Assembly: GCA_016926395.1 (NCBI GenBank)
Contig: JAFGOT010000007.1
Span: 1 to 23,577 of the forward strand
Length of the DNA stretch: 23,577 nucleotides
Reading direction: 5' to 3'
Source of the DNA: Candidatus Woesearchaeota archaeon
GTDB taxonomy: Archaea > Nanobdellota > Nanobdellia > Woesearchaeales > SKGA01
This document shows, in pieces, positions 8,985 through 17,464 of this stretch. Below the pieces are notes generated by a model that searched no databases, was not told the DNA's origin, and worked only from the letters and a program-made list of their open reading frames with translations. Position 1 is the first letter of the stretch; each line of letters starts with the position of its first letter. The translations under genes were made by a program, and so were the position numbers.

Positions 8985-9875
8985 ATGGAATTTATAACAA
9001 CAGTTGAAGGGATTAGCAAATCAGTGATTGAAGAATTAGCAAAAGATACTAATGTGGATTATATTGTAACTATAAAGGATGAATCAGAAGATGAAGGTTG
9101 GATAGGACTTGAAGAAATAGATGATAGTGTTGTTAACAAAGACGACACAAGTAAAGGATACGAAGAACAATATATAATAACAATTTACAGAGAAGGAAAA
9201 GGGACTAGAGAACATAAAGTTGAAAAAACAAAAACAGTCCAAATGGAAGGTATCCTTTCCGAAGTGATATCAGACCTTACAAAACATAAATTTCTAAAAC
9301 TCAATAGCAAAGTACTAGTTGTTGTAGATAGCAGCATATCAAAAAAATACCACACCTCAATATTAATTCTTGATGTTGATAAAGTTCTTTATCGAATTGG
9401 TCGATTTGACTTAGCTGAAAAAATGAGCAGTGAAACAATAATAGAGACAATAATAGAACTAGCTCAAGAAATAGGAAGAGAAGGCCGTGAAGGTAAAAAA
9501 GTCGGAACGTTGTTTGTTATAGGAGATGAAGATGAACTAAAACCATATTCAAAACAACTAATAATGAACCCATTTAAAGGGTATGAAAAAGAAAACCTTG
9601 ATGTTGTTAATAACCAAAACCTAGGAGAAACAATAAAGAATTTTGCACAACTTGACGGAGCGTTTATTATAGATAACGAAGGTCATTTTCTAAGCGCAGG
9701 AACATATTTAGATGTTGATACAAGCGACATAAAACCATTTGCGGGATGGGGAACAAAACACTTAGCAGCAACAGCAATTACAAATATTACAAGCTCAGTA
9801 GCAGTACTAGTTTCTGAAAGTGGTGGAGCAGTAAAAGTATTCAAAAATGGAAAGCTAATTCTTAAGTTAAGATGA
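8985..9875 (+). CDS. dacZ: Diadenylate cyclase (DisA_N/DAC domain, archaeal DacZ-like architecture)
   Basis: ELAQEIGREGREGKKVGTLFVIGD, FAQLDGAFII (DGA motif), GWGTKHLAATAIT (RHR-motif position) and VSESGGAVKVFKNG, with a divergent N-terminal domain. Confidence 0.85.
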   Translation: MEFITTVEGISKSVIEELAKDTNVDYIVTIKDESEDEGWIGLEEIDDSVVNKDDTSKGYEEQYIITIYREGKGTREHKVEKTKTVQMEGILSEVISDLTKHKFLKLNSKVLVVVDSSISKKYHTSILILDVDKVLYRIGRFDLAEKMSSETIIETIIELAQEIGREGREGKKVGTLFVIGDEDELKPYSKQLIMNPFKGYEKENLDVVNNQNLGETIKNFAQLDGAFIIDNEGHFLSAGTYLDVDTSDIKPFAGWGTKHLAATAITNITSSVAVLVSESGGAVKVFKNGKLILKLR

Positions 9876-10185
9876 GCTGATCTATTGAAAAATAATCTCC
9901 ATTCTTTGAACCAACAATTTGAACATTAGATCCCTTCTCTAAAAAAGAAGCATTCCCTTTGAAAAAAGCAGAATCCATTTTTTCATAAGAAAATAAAATT
10001 AAGGTTCCAGAACTAGTTTGGTAGAAATCTAAAACACTAATATTCAAAGAAAATTCTGAATCCAAAGGAATATCGTCATTTAGAGAGACAAAAAAGGGCT
10101 TTTGAAATAAAAAAAGACAAATAAGACCTACAAAACCTATAAAAAACACTAAAATAGATGTTTTCTTCAAAAAAGACTCATTCAT
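9862..10185 (-). CDS. Membrane-anchored small beta-rich protein, possibly OB-fold
   Basis: One N-terminal TM helix, then a beta-strand pattern ending LEKGSNVQIVG...FSIDQL. I prefer the ATG at 10185 over the ORF-track start at 10269. The OB-fold call is tentative. Confidence 0.5.
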   Translation of the reverse strand: MNESFLKKTSILVFFIGFVGLICLFLFQKPFFVSLNDDIPLDSEFSLNISVLDFYQTSSGTLILFSYEKMDSAFFKGNASFLEKGSNVQIVGSKNGDYFSIDQLILT

Positions 10186-10306
10186 AAAACAAAATAATAA
10201 AACAAGCAATAAAATAAGTAACTGTATAAAACCCGAAAAAAATCGGAAAATAATAAAATTTTTAAACACACCAAAAAAGTTTAATGCAATATAAGAGGTA
10301 ATAAAT

Positions 10307-10621
10307 ATGTTTTGTCCAGAATGCGGTTCATTATTAAAAAGTAAACAACAAAAAACAAAAACAGTACAATTCTGTTCATGCGGTTATAGTTCTGACCTTA
10401 AAGAAGAAACCACGTTCAAAGAAACCATCGATCACAAAGATGATGAGATTCATGTAGTTGAAGATAAAGACGATATTCACCCACTAACAGATGTGGATTG
10501 TCCAAAATGTCAACATGACAAAGCATACTATTGGTTAAAACAAACCAGAGCAGGGGATGAACCAGAAACTAAATTCTATAAATGCGAAAAGTGTAAACAC
10601 ACTTGGCGTGATTACAGTTAA
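10307..10621 (+). CDS. tfs: Transcription factor S (TFS/RpoM family)
   Basis: Two Zn ribbons (CPECG...CSCG; CPKC...CEKC) with an intact acidic hairpin QTRAGDEPET. SD GAGGT upstream. Confidence 0.93.
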   Translation: MFCPECGSLLKSKQQKTKTVQFCSCGYSSDLKEETTFKETIDHKDDEIHVVEDKDDIHPLTDVDCPKCQHDKAYYWLKQTRAGDEPETKFYKCEKCKHTWRDYS

Positions 10622-10640
10622 ACACAACTTTTGTGTTTAA
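10618..10640. terminator. Perfect 9-bp inverted repeat between convergent genes, possible terminator
   Basis: TTAAACACA-acttt-TGTGTTTAA overlapping the tfs stop codon. Confidence 0.4.
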
Positions 10641-10692
10641 TAAAAAAATAGCAGAATAAATTTAGCATAAAGAATTATCAAAGAAGAGACCA

Positions 10693-11715
10693 TTAGGAAA
10701 TAATTAAATCAAATTCTTTTTCTATAAAATCAATAACAATAGGATCTTCAAATAATTTATTTGCCACTTTGAAATAAGATGCTAATTTATGACCTTCCAA
10801 ATCCAAAGCATGACAAAGTTTAAGATATTGCCTGCCATAAAAATCTCCTCTAACAGAAGCAATATGAGCATACCTATGCCTAAGAGCAGTAGCTTGATCC
10901 ATCGAACGAACATAAAGCAGAATATAGAGAAGTTTCAAAAGAGGATTTTTTGAAGAAAAAACATAATCTTTAGAAGTTTTAAGAAGAAGAGTGTTTTTAT
11001 CATATAATTTAACGATAGTATCAAACTTACCTGGAAGTTCAGTTAAAGTATTATCTAAACGATCAAAAAACTTCGCTAAGATAACAGACTCATCTTTAGT
11101 TGAATCAACATACGAAACTAAATCCTGGAGATAGAACTCGTACGATCGCAACAAGAAAAAATCTTTAACATCACCAGTAATATCAGATAAAGAAGATAAT
11201 AAATGAGATGCACTCACCTCCAAAATAGGATTTGAAGAAATATCAGATAATTGTTTTGCAATACCAGATAAACCACTTGAAAAATCAAGAGAATTAATCA
11301 ATACCCTATACTTATTGGTCAAAAAATTAATTTGAGTTGTTATTTCTTCAGGAACAGTTTTCATAAGTGAAGAATATGTTGAAAAGGACTTTCCAAAGTC
11401 TTCAACATAATCATGATAAAGGCTAACTTTAGAACAAAGGTGATCACAACCTAAAGCTTTAGCCCAAATAAGACAACGAAGAGAATGAACAAACGAAGGA
11501 TTTCCACAAGACCTAACCTTGCCAGATTCTAAATAGATGTGTTGTAAATCCAAAATATCATCAATTATTCCGTCAGAAAAATAAGGCTTAAGGTCTTGAG
11601 CTAAAAGAACATCTCTAGAATTAACTAAATTGACTAATGGATAGAACGAATCTAAGCTTTTTGTTACGTTCTTGAATAGTGAATTATCTAGAGTCAGCAT
11701 AGTATGAAATCCCAT
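10693..11715 (-). CDS. Stand-alone RelA/SpoT-type HD-domain hydrolase (small alarmone hydrolase/Mesh1-like)
   Basis: GKVRSCGNPSFVHS (compare GQxRxSGEPYxxHP), YHDYVED (compare LHDxxED), LTNK and VILAKFFDRLDN (compare VILIKLADRLHN). No synthetase motifs seen. Confidence 0.75.
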   Translation of the reverse strand: MGFHTMLTLDNSLFKNVTKSLDSFYPLVNLVNSRDVLLAQDLKPYFSDGIIDDILDLQHIYLESGKVRSCGNPSFVHSLRCLIWAKALGCDHLCSKVSLYHDYVEDFGKSFSTYSSLMKTVPEEITTQINFLTNKYRVLINSLDFSSGLSGIAKQLSDISSNPILEVSASHLLSSLSDITGDVKDFFLLRSYEFYLQDLVSYVDSTKDESVILAKFFDRLDNTLTELPGKFDTIVKLYDKNTLLLKTSKDYVFSSKNPLLKLLYILLYVRSMDQATALRHRYAHIASVRGDFYGRQYLKLCHALDLEGHKLASYFKVANKLFEDPIVIDFIEKEFDLIIS

Positions 11716-11767
11716 TCCTAATATAAAAAACTAGCGAAAAAAAGCCTCAAACACGCTCTTCGCAACC

Positions 11768-11775
11768 TTTATAAA
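11768..11775. promoter_or_regulatory. Palindromic TATA box between divergent genes
   Basis: TTTATAAA between the HD gene (minus) and the Zn-ribbon/EF-1beta operon (plus). Confidence 0.5.
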
Positions 11776-11859
11776 TAAACTGGCGTTTCTTGGAAAGGTA
11801 TAATACACTCAAAAACAGATATTTTTGAGAGTTTAGCTTTAAATTTTTGAGGAAATAAA

Positions 11860-12036
11860 ATGACAGATTCAATAAAATACGATACTGCTACTAAAACTGC
11901 ATTAGCAAATGATGTAGGATCAACTACTTTCAAATGCCCAAAATGTGGAAAAGCAACAATTAACCGAACTAGAAAGTCTCGAGAAATTGTAGTTAAATAC
12001 ACTTGTCCAGAGTGTGGTTTTGTAGGCCCAAACTAA
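11860..12036 (+). CDS. Zn-ribbon protein (DUF1610/HVO_2753 family)
   Basis: Manual translation: MTDSIKYDTATKTALANDVGSTTFKCPKCGKATINRTRKSREIVVKYTCPECGFVGPN*. Has FxCPxCG and YxCPxCGFxGP signatures and the conserved position upstream of EF-1beta. Not in the ORF track. Confidence 0.85.
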   Translation: MTDSIKYDTATKTALANDVGSTTFKCPKCGKATINRTRKSREIVVKYTCPECGFVGPN

Positions 12037-12091
12037 AAGTCTGAGAACAGAATTCTGAACACAGCAAAAAAGGTAGTGAGGTAAAATAAAA

Positions 12092-12373
12092 ATGGCAAAT
12101 GCAATTGTTACATTTAAAATCATGCCAGAATCTCCTGAAGTAGATTTTGATGCAATCAAAGATAAAGCATTAGAAATTGCAAAAGAAAAAGGAGCAAAAG
12201 GCGAAATGCAATCAAAAATTGAGCCAATAGCTTTTGGTCTTAAGCAAGTTCTTGTCTATGCAATGTATGAAATGGAAGATGGAAAAGACTTCGATGAAAT
12301 CAGCAATGCAATGAAAACAATCGAAGGAGTTTCTGAAGCAGAAATTATCAACATGGATTTAGCAATGGGCTAA
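12092..12373 (+). CDS. ef1b: Translation elongation factor 1-beta
   Basis: KIMPESPEVDFDAI...EPIAFGLKQV...IEGVSEAEI. SD GTGAGGT upstream. Confidence 0.95.
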   Translation: MANAIVTFKIMPESPEVDFDAIKDKALEIAKEKGAKGEMQSKIEPIAFGLKQVLVYAMYEMEDGKDFDEISNAMKTIEGVSEAEIINMDLAMG

Positions 12374-12462
12374 AAACAATTCTCTGTTAGCTAAAAAAAC
12401 AGCAAGCAGAAATTTTTATTTTTTATAATTCTAAAAAACAAAAAACCAAGTCTATTTGAAAA

Positions 12463-12948
12463 TTATAACAACATAGAAGCATCAATATCAGATTCTTTTT
12501 TATGAACAATCGATTCTAAATTTTCAATGTATTTAGAAATAGATTTCCATTGTGTAATTGAAATGTCCTTATCTTTTTTTGCCTCTAAAGCAATCTCTTT
12601 TAAATTATTAAGATCAGATTTTAACTGATTAAGAACTTCCTTCTTTTCAATGATATCGCTAGCAACTTCCTTTCGTTTATCATGTTTTTCAAGAGTCTTA
12701 GAAAATAAGTCAACAGTCTTTTTTAAAGAATCAATATCTTTTTTTAATTCTTCATTAACAGACTTATGATGAGAAACTTCTTTCTTTAATTTATGAACAA
12801 CAACTTTAGAACTTTTTTTCTGACGATATTTGTGAACACGAGCAGCATTTCGAGGCGATAAATTAGAAATAAAAACTGGCTGAATATCTTCATGCTTAGC
12901 GTTTTTAACTAAAGACAGAAATAATTTTTCTTTTAATATTGGAATCAT
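12463..12948 (-). CDS. Hypothetical coiled-coil protein (161 aa)
   Basis: K/E-rich helical sequence. Its ATG overlaps the upstream TGA (ATGA), indicating translational coupling. Confidence 0.7.
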   Translation of the reverse strand: MIPILKEKLFLSLVKNAKHEDIQPVFISNLSPRNAARVHKYRQKKSSKVVVHKLKKEVSHHKSVNEELKKDIDSLKKTVDLFSKTLEKHDKRKEVASDIIEKKEVLNQLKSDLNNLKEIALEAKKDKDISITQWKSISKYIENLESIVHKKESDIDASMLL

Positions 12949-13505
12949 TTGAACATGCCCATAAGACCGCTTTTTTTCTTAGCAGGAGCAGGAGGTAAAT
13001 CTAGAGCAGGAGGAGGCATAGAAGCACCTGAAAAACTAGGATTTGACATTGGAGGAGGCATTCCTGGAGAACCCATTGGAGGAGGAGGCATAGAAGAAGA
13101 TTGATTTTGAGTCTGAGGATAAGTTTCTTGATTAGGCGATTCTTGAGAATAAGAAGGCGGATTGCTTGTTTTTTCAGGAACCTCAGGTTCTTGAGGAACA
13201 TTCATTTGCTGAACCATTTGAGCAACAGCTAAGATACCTTGAGCAATCTGTTCATTTTGTGTTGAAATTTGAGAGAAATGTTCACTAATAGAGGTTCTTT
13301 GAAACTCTTTAGTTAAGTCATCATTAGTGTCAGTTAGAAGAGTAGTTAAGGAATTAATCGCTTTTGTAAGTTCAATAACAGAAGTCTGCAAATCTTTAGC
13401 CTGAACAGTGGTTCCTAAGGGATTTTTCTTAAGTTTTTCTAATTCATCTCGTAATTTTTGAATTTCTTCGTGAGGAAGAAGCTCATAATCGCCTTCGTCA
13501 GCCAT
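12945..13505 (-). CDS. Hypothetical protein with coiled-coil N-terminus, Pro-rich linker and basic/hydrophobic C-terminal tail
   Basis: 186-aa ORF with SD GAGGT, YELLPHEEIQKLRDELEKLKK, MPPP repeats and the terminus KKKSGLMGMFK. Confidence 0.8.
   Translation of the reverse strand: MADEGDYELLPHEEIQKLRDELEKLKKNPLGTTVQAKDLQTSVIELTKAINSLTTLLTDTNDDLTKEFQRTSISEHFSQISTQNEQIAQGILAVAQMVQQMNVPQEPEVPEKTSNPPSYSQESPNQETYPQTQNQSSSMPPPPMGSPGMPPPMSNPSFSGASMPPPALDLPPAPAKKKSGLMGMFK
13008..13096. repeat. Intragenic direct repeat encoding SMPPP units
   Basis: AGGAGGAGGCATAGAAG exact at 13008-13024 and 13080-13096. Partial third copy GGAGGAGGCAT at 13051-13061. Confidence 0.7.
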
Positions 13506-13544
13506 ATAACTACCTCTTTTTAAATAAAGAACTACAAGAAAAAC

Positions 13545-13553
13545 TATATAAAA
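13545..13553. promoter_or_regulatory. TATA box between the divergent 186-aa gene and the thermosome
   Basis: TATATAAAA preceded by GAAAAAC (BRE-like) on the plus strand. Reads TTTTATATA on the minus strand. Confidence 0.55.
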
Positions 13554-13614
13554 GTTGTGTCATCTCTATTGAGTAGAACTAACAATAATATCACAATCTA
13601 AAGAGGGAAAACAA

Positions 13615-15219
13615 ATGAACAATTCAAATCAACAAAATCAACTCCTAAATGAAGGAACAAGCAGAGATCAAGGCAGAACAGCACAAAGAATGAACATTTT
13701 AGCTGCAAAATTAGTTGCAGAAACAGTGCGAACCACACTTGGACCTCAAGGAATGGATAAAATGATTGTTGATTCGCTTGGTGAAGTAGTAATAACTAAC
13801 GACGGAGCTACAATCCTGCGGGAAATGAACATAGAACACCCAACTGCAAAAATGATTGTAGAAATCGCAAAGACTCAAGAACATGAGGTTGGCGATGGAA
13901 CAACAACTGCAGTCGTTCTTGCAGGAGAACTATTGCGACAAGCAGAAGAACTTCTTGAACAAAACATTCATCCGACAGTCATAATCAAAGGTTATCGAAT
14001 GGCAGCTAGAACAGCTGCAAAAGTATTGGAAAATGTTTCTGAAGATATCGGCAAACAAGAAACAACAATACTAAAAAACATTGCGATGACAAGCATAACA
14101 GGAAAGGTTGCAGAAAATGCAAAGGAACACCTAGCAAACATCGTGGTTCAAGCAATAAAACAAGTTGTCGATGAAACAGTTGATTTAGAAAATATAAAAT
14201 TAGAAACAAAAACAGGCAGTGGTGTTGATAATACAGAACTTATCAAAGGAATAGTTCTTGATAAAGAAAAAACACACAACAACATGCCAACAGTGGTTGA
14301 TAAAGCACGTATTGCCTTAATCGATGCAGCATTAGAAATACAAAGCACCGATACAGATTCAAAGATTTCAATAACAGATCCATCAAAATTACAAGAATTC
14401 TTAGACATGGAAGAAAATATGCTTCGAAAGATTGTTGATAAAATTGCAAGTAGTGGAGCAAATGTTGTTTTCTGTCAAAAAGGAATTGATGATTTTGTTC
14501 AATACTTACTTGCGCAAAAAGGAATTTACGCATGTAGAAGAGTGAAAAAATCAGATCTAAAAAAATTGGCAAAAGCAACACAAGGAACAATAATAACAAA
14601 TGTTAAAGATTTATCTAAAGAACATCTAGGAACAGCAGGAAAAGTAAGCGAAGTAGAAATAAATGAAGAACCAATGACAATAATTGCTGAATGTAAAAAT
14701 CCAAAAGCAGTAACAATTCTAATCAGAGCAAGTACAGAACATTTAGTTGATGAAGTAAAAAGAGCAATAGAAGATGCACTTGGAACAGTAGCAAGTGCAA
14801 TAAAAGCAAAAAAAATAGTTGCAGGGGCTGGCGCAATAGAAATTGAACTTGCAAGAAACATAAAACATTATAGTTCTAAACTAAGCGGAAAAGAACAATT
14901 AGCAGTAGAAGCATTTGCAAAATCAATGGAGATAATTCCTAAAACATTAGCAGAAAATGCCGGACTTGATCCAATTGATGTATTAACAGAGCTTCGAGCA
15001 GCGCACGACAGAGGAGAAAAATGGGCTGGACTAGATGTTTATAGTGGAAAAACACTTGATGCTATGAAAAAAGGAATTGTTGAACCATTACCTGTTAAAA
15101 CACAAGCAGTAGCTAGCGCTAGTGAAGTTGCAGTTATGATTTTAAGAATTGATGATGTAATTATTGCAGGAAATGAACCATCTCAAGGTAGACCAAATCC
15201 TGGAGAGGGATTTGAATAA
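13615..15219 (+). CDS. ths: Thermosome (group II chaperonin) subunit
   Basis: [37 protein letters not shown], helical protrusion region, GAGAIE and ILRIDDVI. Confidence 0.98.
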   Translation: MNNSNQQNQLLNEGTSRDQGRTAQRMNILAAKLVAETVRTTLGPQGMDKMIVDSLGEVVITNDGATILREMNIEHPTAKMIVEIAKTQEHEVGDGTTTAVVLAGELLRQAEELLEQNIHPTVIIKGYRMAARTAAKVLENVSEDIGKQETTILKNIAMTSITGKVAENAKEHLANIVVQAIKQVVDETVDLENIKLETKTGSGVDNTELIKGIVLDKEKTHNNMPTVVDKARIALIDAALEIQSTDTDSKISITDPSKLQEFLDMEENMLRKIVDKIASSGANVVFCQKGIDDFVQYLLAQKGIYACRRVKKSDLKKLAKATQGTIITNVKDLSKEHLGTAGKVSEVEINEEPMTIIAECKNPKAVTILIRASTEHLVDEVKRAIEDALGTVASAIKAKKIVAGAGAIEIELARNIKHYSSKLSGKEQLAVEAFAKSMEIIPKTLAENAGLDPIDVLTELRAAHDRGEKWAGLDVYSGKTLDAMKKGIVEPLPVKTQAVASASEVAVMILRIDDVIIAGNEPSQGRPNPGEGFE

Positions 15220-15222
15220 ATT

Positions 15223-15825
15223 TTAAATCATCAAATCTTTTAGCAATTCAACTAATTCAAAAGATTTTATTTTTAGAGTTTTCATCTCAGTTACAAAAAT
15301 AAACAAAACAACATTTTCTCGAAAAAATATTAAAATATCAGAAGACACCCTTTTAGATATAACATCATTCTGACTAAACAACAAAGACAACTTTGCAGAC
15401 AAACCAATAGGAAGATTGTTTTCAGAACCTACAAAAAAGAAAGGTCCATTTAATTTTTGTAGAGAAAATAGTATACTTATAGTCCCTGACAAACCAGTTA
15501 TTACTTCAATGTCTAAAGATTCATTAAGGTTAGATTTCAAAATCAACTGAGGAATTATTGATTTTAACGACTCTTCTTTTTCTTTTAGTAAAGAAAGTAA
15601 AACATCAGGACTATTAGCAGAAAATAAAACATGTTTATCAAGTTTAGAAGTTGTCACAAGTCCAATCTTAGAAAGACGATGAAGAGTTGAATAAACATTA
15701 GCACGATGAATTCCAGTGTTCTTTGATATATCGGTTGCAGGACTTGGACCTAAATTAACCAATGAAAGATAAATTTTTGACTCTGAAGAAGTTAGACCAA
15801 CATCCGATAAAGCTTGCGCAATCAT
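15223..15825 (-). CDS. TrmB-family winged-helix transcriptional regulator
   Basis: LSDVGLTSSESKIYLSLV...ATDISKNTGIHRANVYSTLHRLSKIGLV. Start reassigned to ATG 15825 because AATATAAAT lies about 25 nt upstream. The C-terminal domain is short and divergent. Confidence 0.8.
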   Translation of the reverse strand: MIAQALSDVGLTSSESKIYLSLVNLGPSPATDISKNTGIHRANVYSTLHRLSKIGLVTTSKLDKHVLFSANSPDVLLSLLKEKEESLKSIIPQLILKSNLNESLDIEVITGLSGTISILFSLQKLNGPFFFVGSENNLPIGLSAKLSLLFSQNDVISKRVSSDILIFFRENVVLFIFVTEMKTLKIKSFELVELLKDLMI

Positions 15826-15849
15826 AGAATAAACATCACAAGTTAAGAA

Positions 15850-15898
15850 ATTTATATTCTTCTCAGACAATTTCGCAAATAACACGAAAGTATATAAA
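15850..15898. promoter_or_regulatory. Back-to-back TATA boxes for the TrmB gene and the 106-aa gene
   Basis: AATATAAAT (minus, 15850-15858) and CGAAAG-TATATAAA (plus, 15891-15898), each about 25 nt from an ATG. Confidence 0.55.
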
Positions 15899-15923
15899 CC
15901 CAAAAAACAAAGAACCATTGTTT

Positions 15924-16244
15924 ATGGATTGGTATGATAAAAAAATAGCACAAGAACAATTCCATTTTTTTGCGGAAGGCATCATAAATACAAGTTTTTC
16001 TCAAAGAGAACTATACACCAGAGAAATAGATTTATACAAATACTGGAGAGATGTATGCAAAAATAATAATTACATATATAGCACTTGTCTTGAGTGCAAA
16101 GTAAATAACATCTTAGATGAATTTTATAGGACAAGACTACAAATTAACGAAAAAGAAGAAACAGATAGCAAAGTGATACACATGATACCTGATAAAGTAG
16201 AAGAACAAAAAATAGCAGTAGGCCTTGAGTATCAATTAAATTAA
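15924..16244 (+). CDS. Hypothetical protein (106 aa)
   Basis: The ORF-track start at 15918 is TTG. The ATG at 15924 fits the TATA spacing. The stop overlaps the convergent TctA gene by 9 nt. Confidence 0.55.
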   Translation: MDWYDKKIAQEQFHFFAEGIINTSFSQRELYTREIDLYKYWRDVCKNNNYIYSTCLECKVNNILDEFYRTRLQINEKEETDSKVIHMIPDKVEEQKIAVGLEYQLN

Positions 16245-17435
16245 ATAAATTATTACAGGTAAAAGTAAACAACCAAGCAAAATATTTTTCGAAGCACCAA
16301 TAAAATTAGCCAATAAACCAAGACTTGTTGCAGTTAATAAAATAACAACGCCTTGAAAACCTGAAAAAACTAATACGAGAAGGAAAACAAAAAATACAAC
16401 AGAGTAAATAAGAGTAGAATATTTTATTTTAGTTACATTAACTGCAAACCAACGGGAAAGAAACAAACCCAAAGGAACTGCTATTCCAGCTGCCATAAGA
16501 ACAACACAAACAAAAAGAGACAAATGAATAATTCCTAGTTCACCGAAAAGTTGGTTCACTCCCACAATAGCACCATTTCTAGCCTTACCCAAAATAACAA
16601 CAGTAATAAGCGAAAAGACAAAATTAACCGTGTTAATTCCACCAACTAAAAGCAAGTAATCTTTTGGGGATTTTTTCTTCATAGTACTTATTGCAATTAT
16701 AGCGGCTTGAGAAGAACCAAGACCGGGAAGAAAAGAAGCTAACGAACCACTAATCGTAGCACGTGATGAATTTCTAAAGATATCATCAAAACCAATATCA
16801 ATAAATCTTCTTTTCAAAAATTGTTTTGGAAGAGACGTTGTTGAAACCAAACTAAGAAGTAAAGTTGAAGTTCCAAAAAGACCAGATAATAAAGGAAGTA
16901 AAATATTTCTTTGACTAACTAGTTGAAAACAAAGCAAACCCAGAGATCCTGAAAGAAAAAAGAACAATAAATTTTGAATAAAATTTTTTGATAAAAATAA
17001 AATAATCAAAACGACAACAATTAACAAATAAGGCAGAAGAGGAGAAAGAAATTCAGAGATAATAGTCAAAGATTTGAAAGCATAAGGAAATAATAACAGA
17101 CAAAGCAAGAGAGCAGATAATGATCCTACCAAAGTATAAACAATAGCAGCATGACCATGACCCCTATGAAGAAGTTGATGACCGGGAAGCATAGCAACAG
17201 CCATGGACTCATCAGGAGCACCAAGAAAAACAGAAGGAATAGAATCAAGGAAAGAATGAGTTAAAGCTAGTGAAATAATATACACTGCAAAAATAATAGG
17301 GGAGACATTAGGAAAAGCAGCAGATAAACCAAGAACTAATACCGTAATTAAATTTACATGAACTCCGGGAATTAAGCCTGTTAAAGTCCCGGCATTCACT
17401 CCGAGTAGTATTGCGAGCAATATTTCGAGAAACAT
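16236..17435 (-). CDS. TctA-family (DUF112-type) multi-pass membrane protein
   Basis: GTLTGLIPGVHVN, FLDSIPSVFLGAPD...MLPGHQLL..GHG and FLPGLGSSQAA, with about 11-12 hydrophobic segments. Start reassigned to ATG 17435. Confidence 0.85.
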   Translation of the reverse strand: MFLEILLAILLGVNAGTLTGLIPGVHVNLITVLVLGLSAAFPNVSPIIFAVYIISLALTHSFLDSIPSVFLGAPDESMAVAMLPGHQLLHRGHGHAAIVYTLVGSLSALLLCLLLFPYAFKSLTIISEFLSPLLPYLLIVVVLIILFLSKNFIQNLLFFFLSGSLGLLCFQLVSQRNILLPLLSGLFGTSTLLLSLVSTTSLPKQFLKRRFIDIGFDDIFRNSSRATISGSLASFLPGLGSSQAAIIAISTMKKKSPKDYLLLVGGINTVNFVFSLITVVILGKARNGAIVGVNQLFGELGIIHLSLFVCVVLMAAGIAVPLGLFLSRWFAVNVTKIKYSTLIYSVVFFVFLLVLVFSGFQGVVILLTATSLGLLANFIGASKNILLGCLLLPVIIYLI

Positions 17436-17455
17436 GAAATTCTTGAAACCCTTGA

Positions 17456-17464
17456 ATTTATATG
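17456..17464 (-). promoter_or_regulatory. TATA box of the TctA-family gene
   Basis: Minus strand reads CCGTGAAA-CATATAAAT, ending about 21 nt upstream of ATG 17435. Confidence 0.5.

Noticed and set aside
12041-12058. Two CTGA motifs and the palindrome CAGAATTCTG as a C/D box sRNA
   Set aside because: No RTGATGA box C at a suitable distance, and the spacer is only 55 nt.
15826-15918. Longer start for the TrmB regulator
   Set aside because: The extra 31 residues span the two promoters, and the helix-turn-helix domain begins right after ATG 15825.
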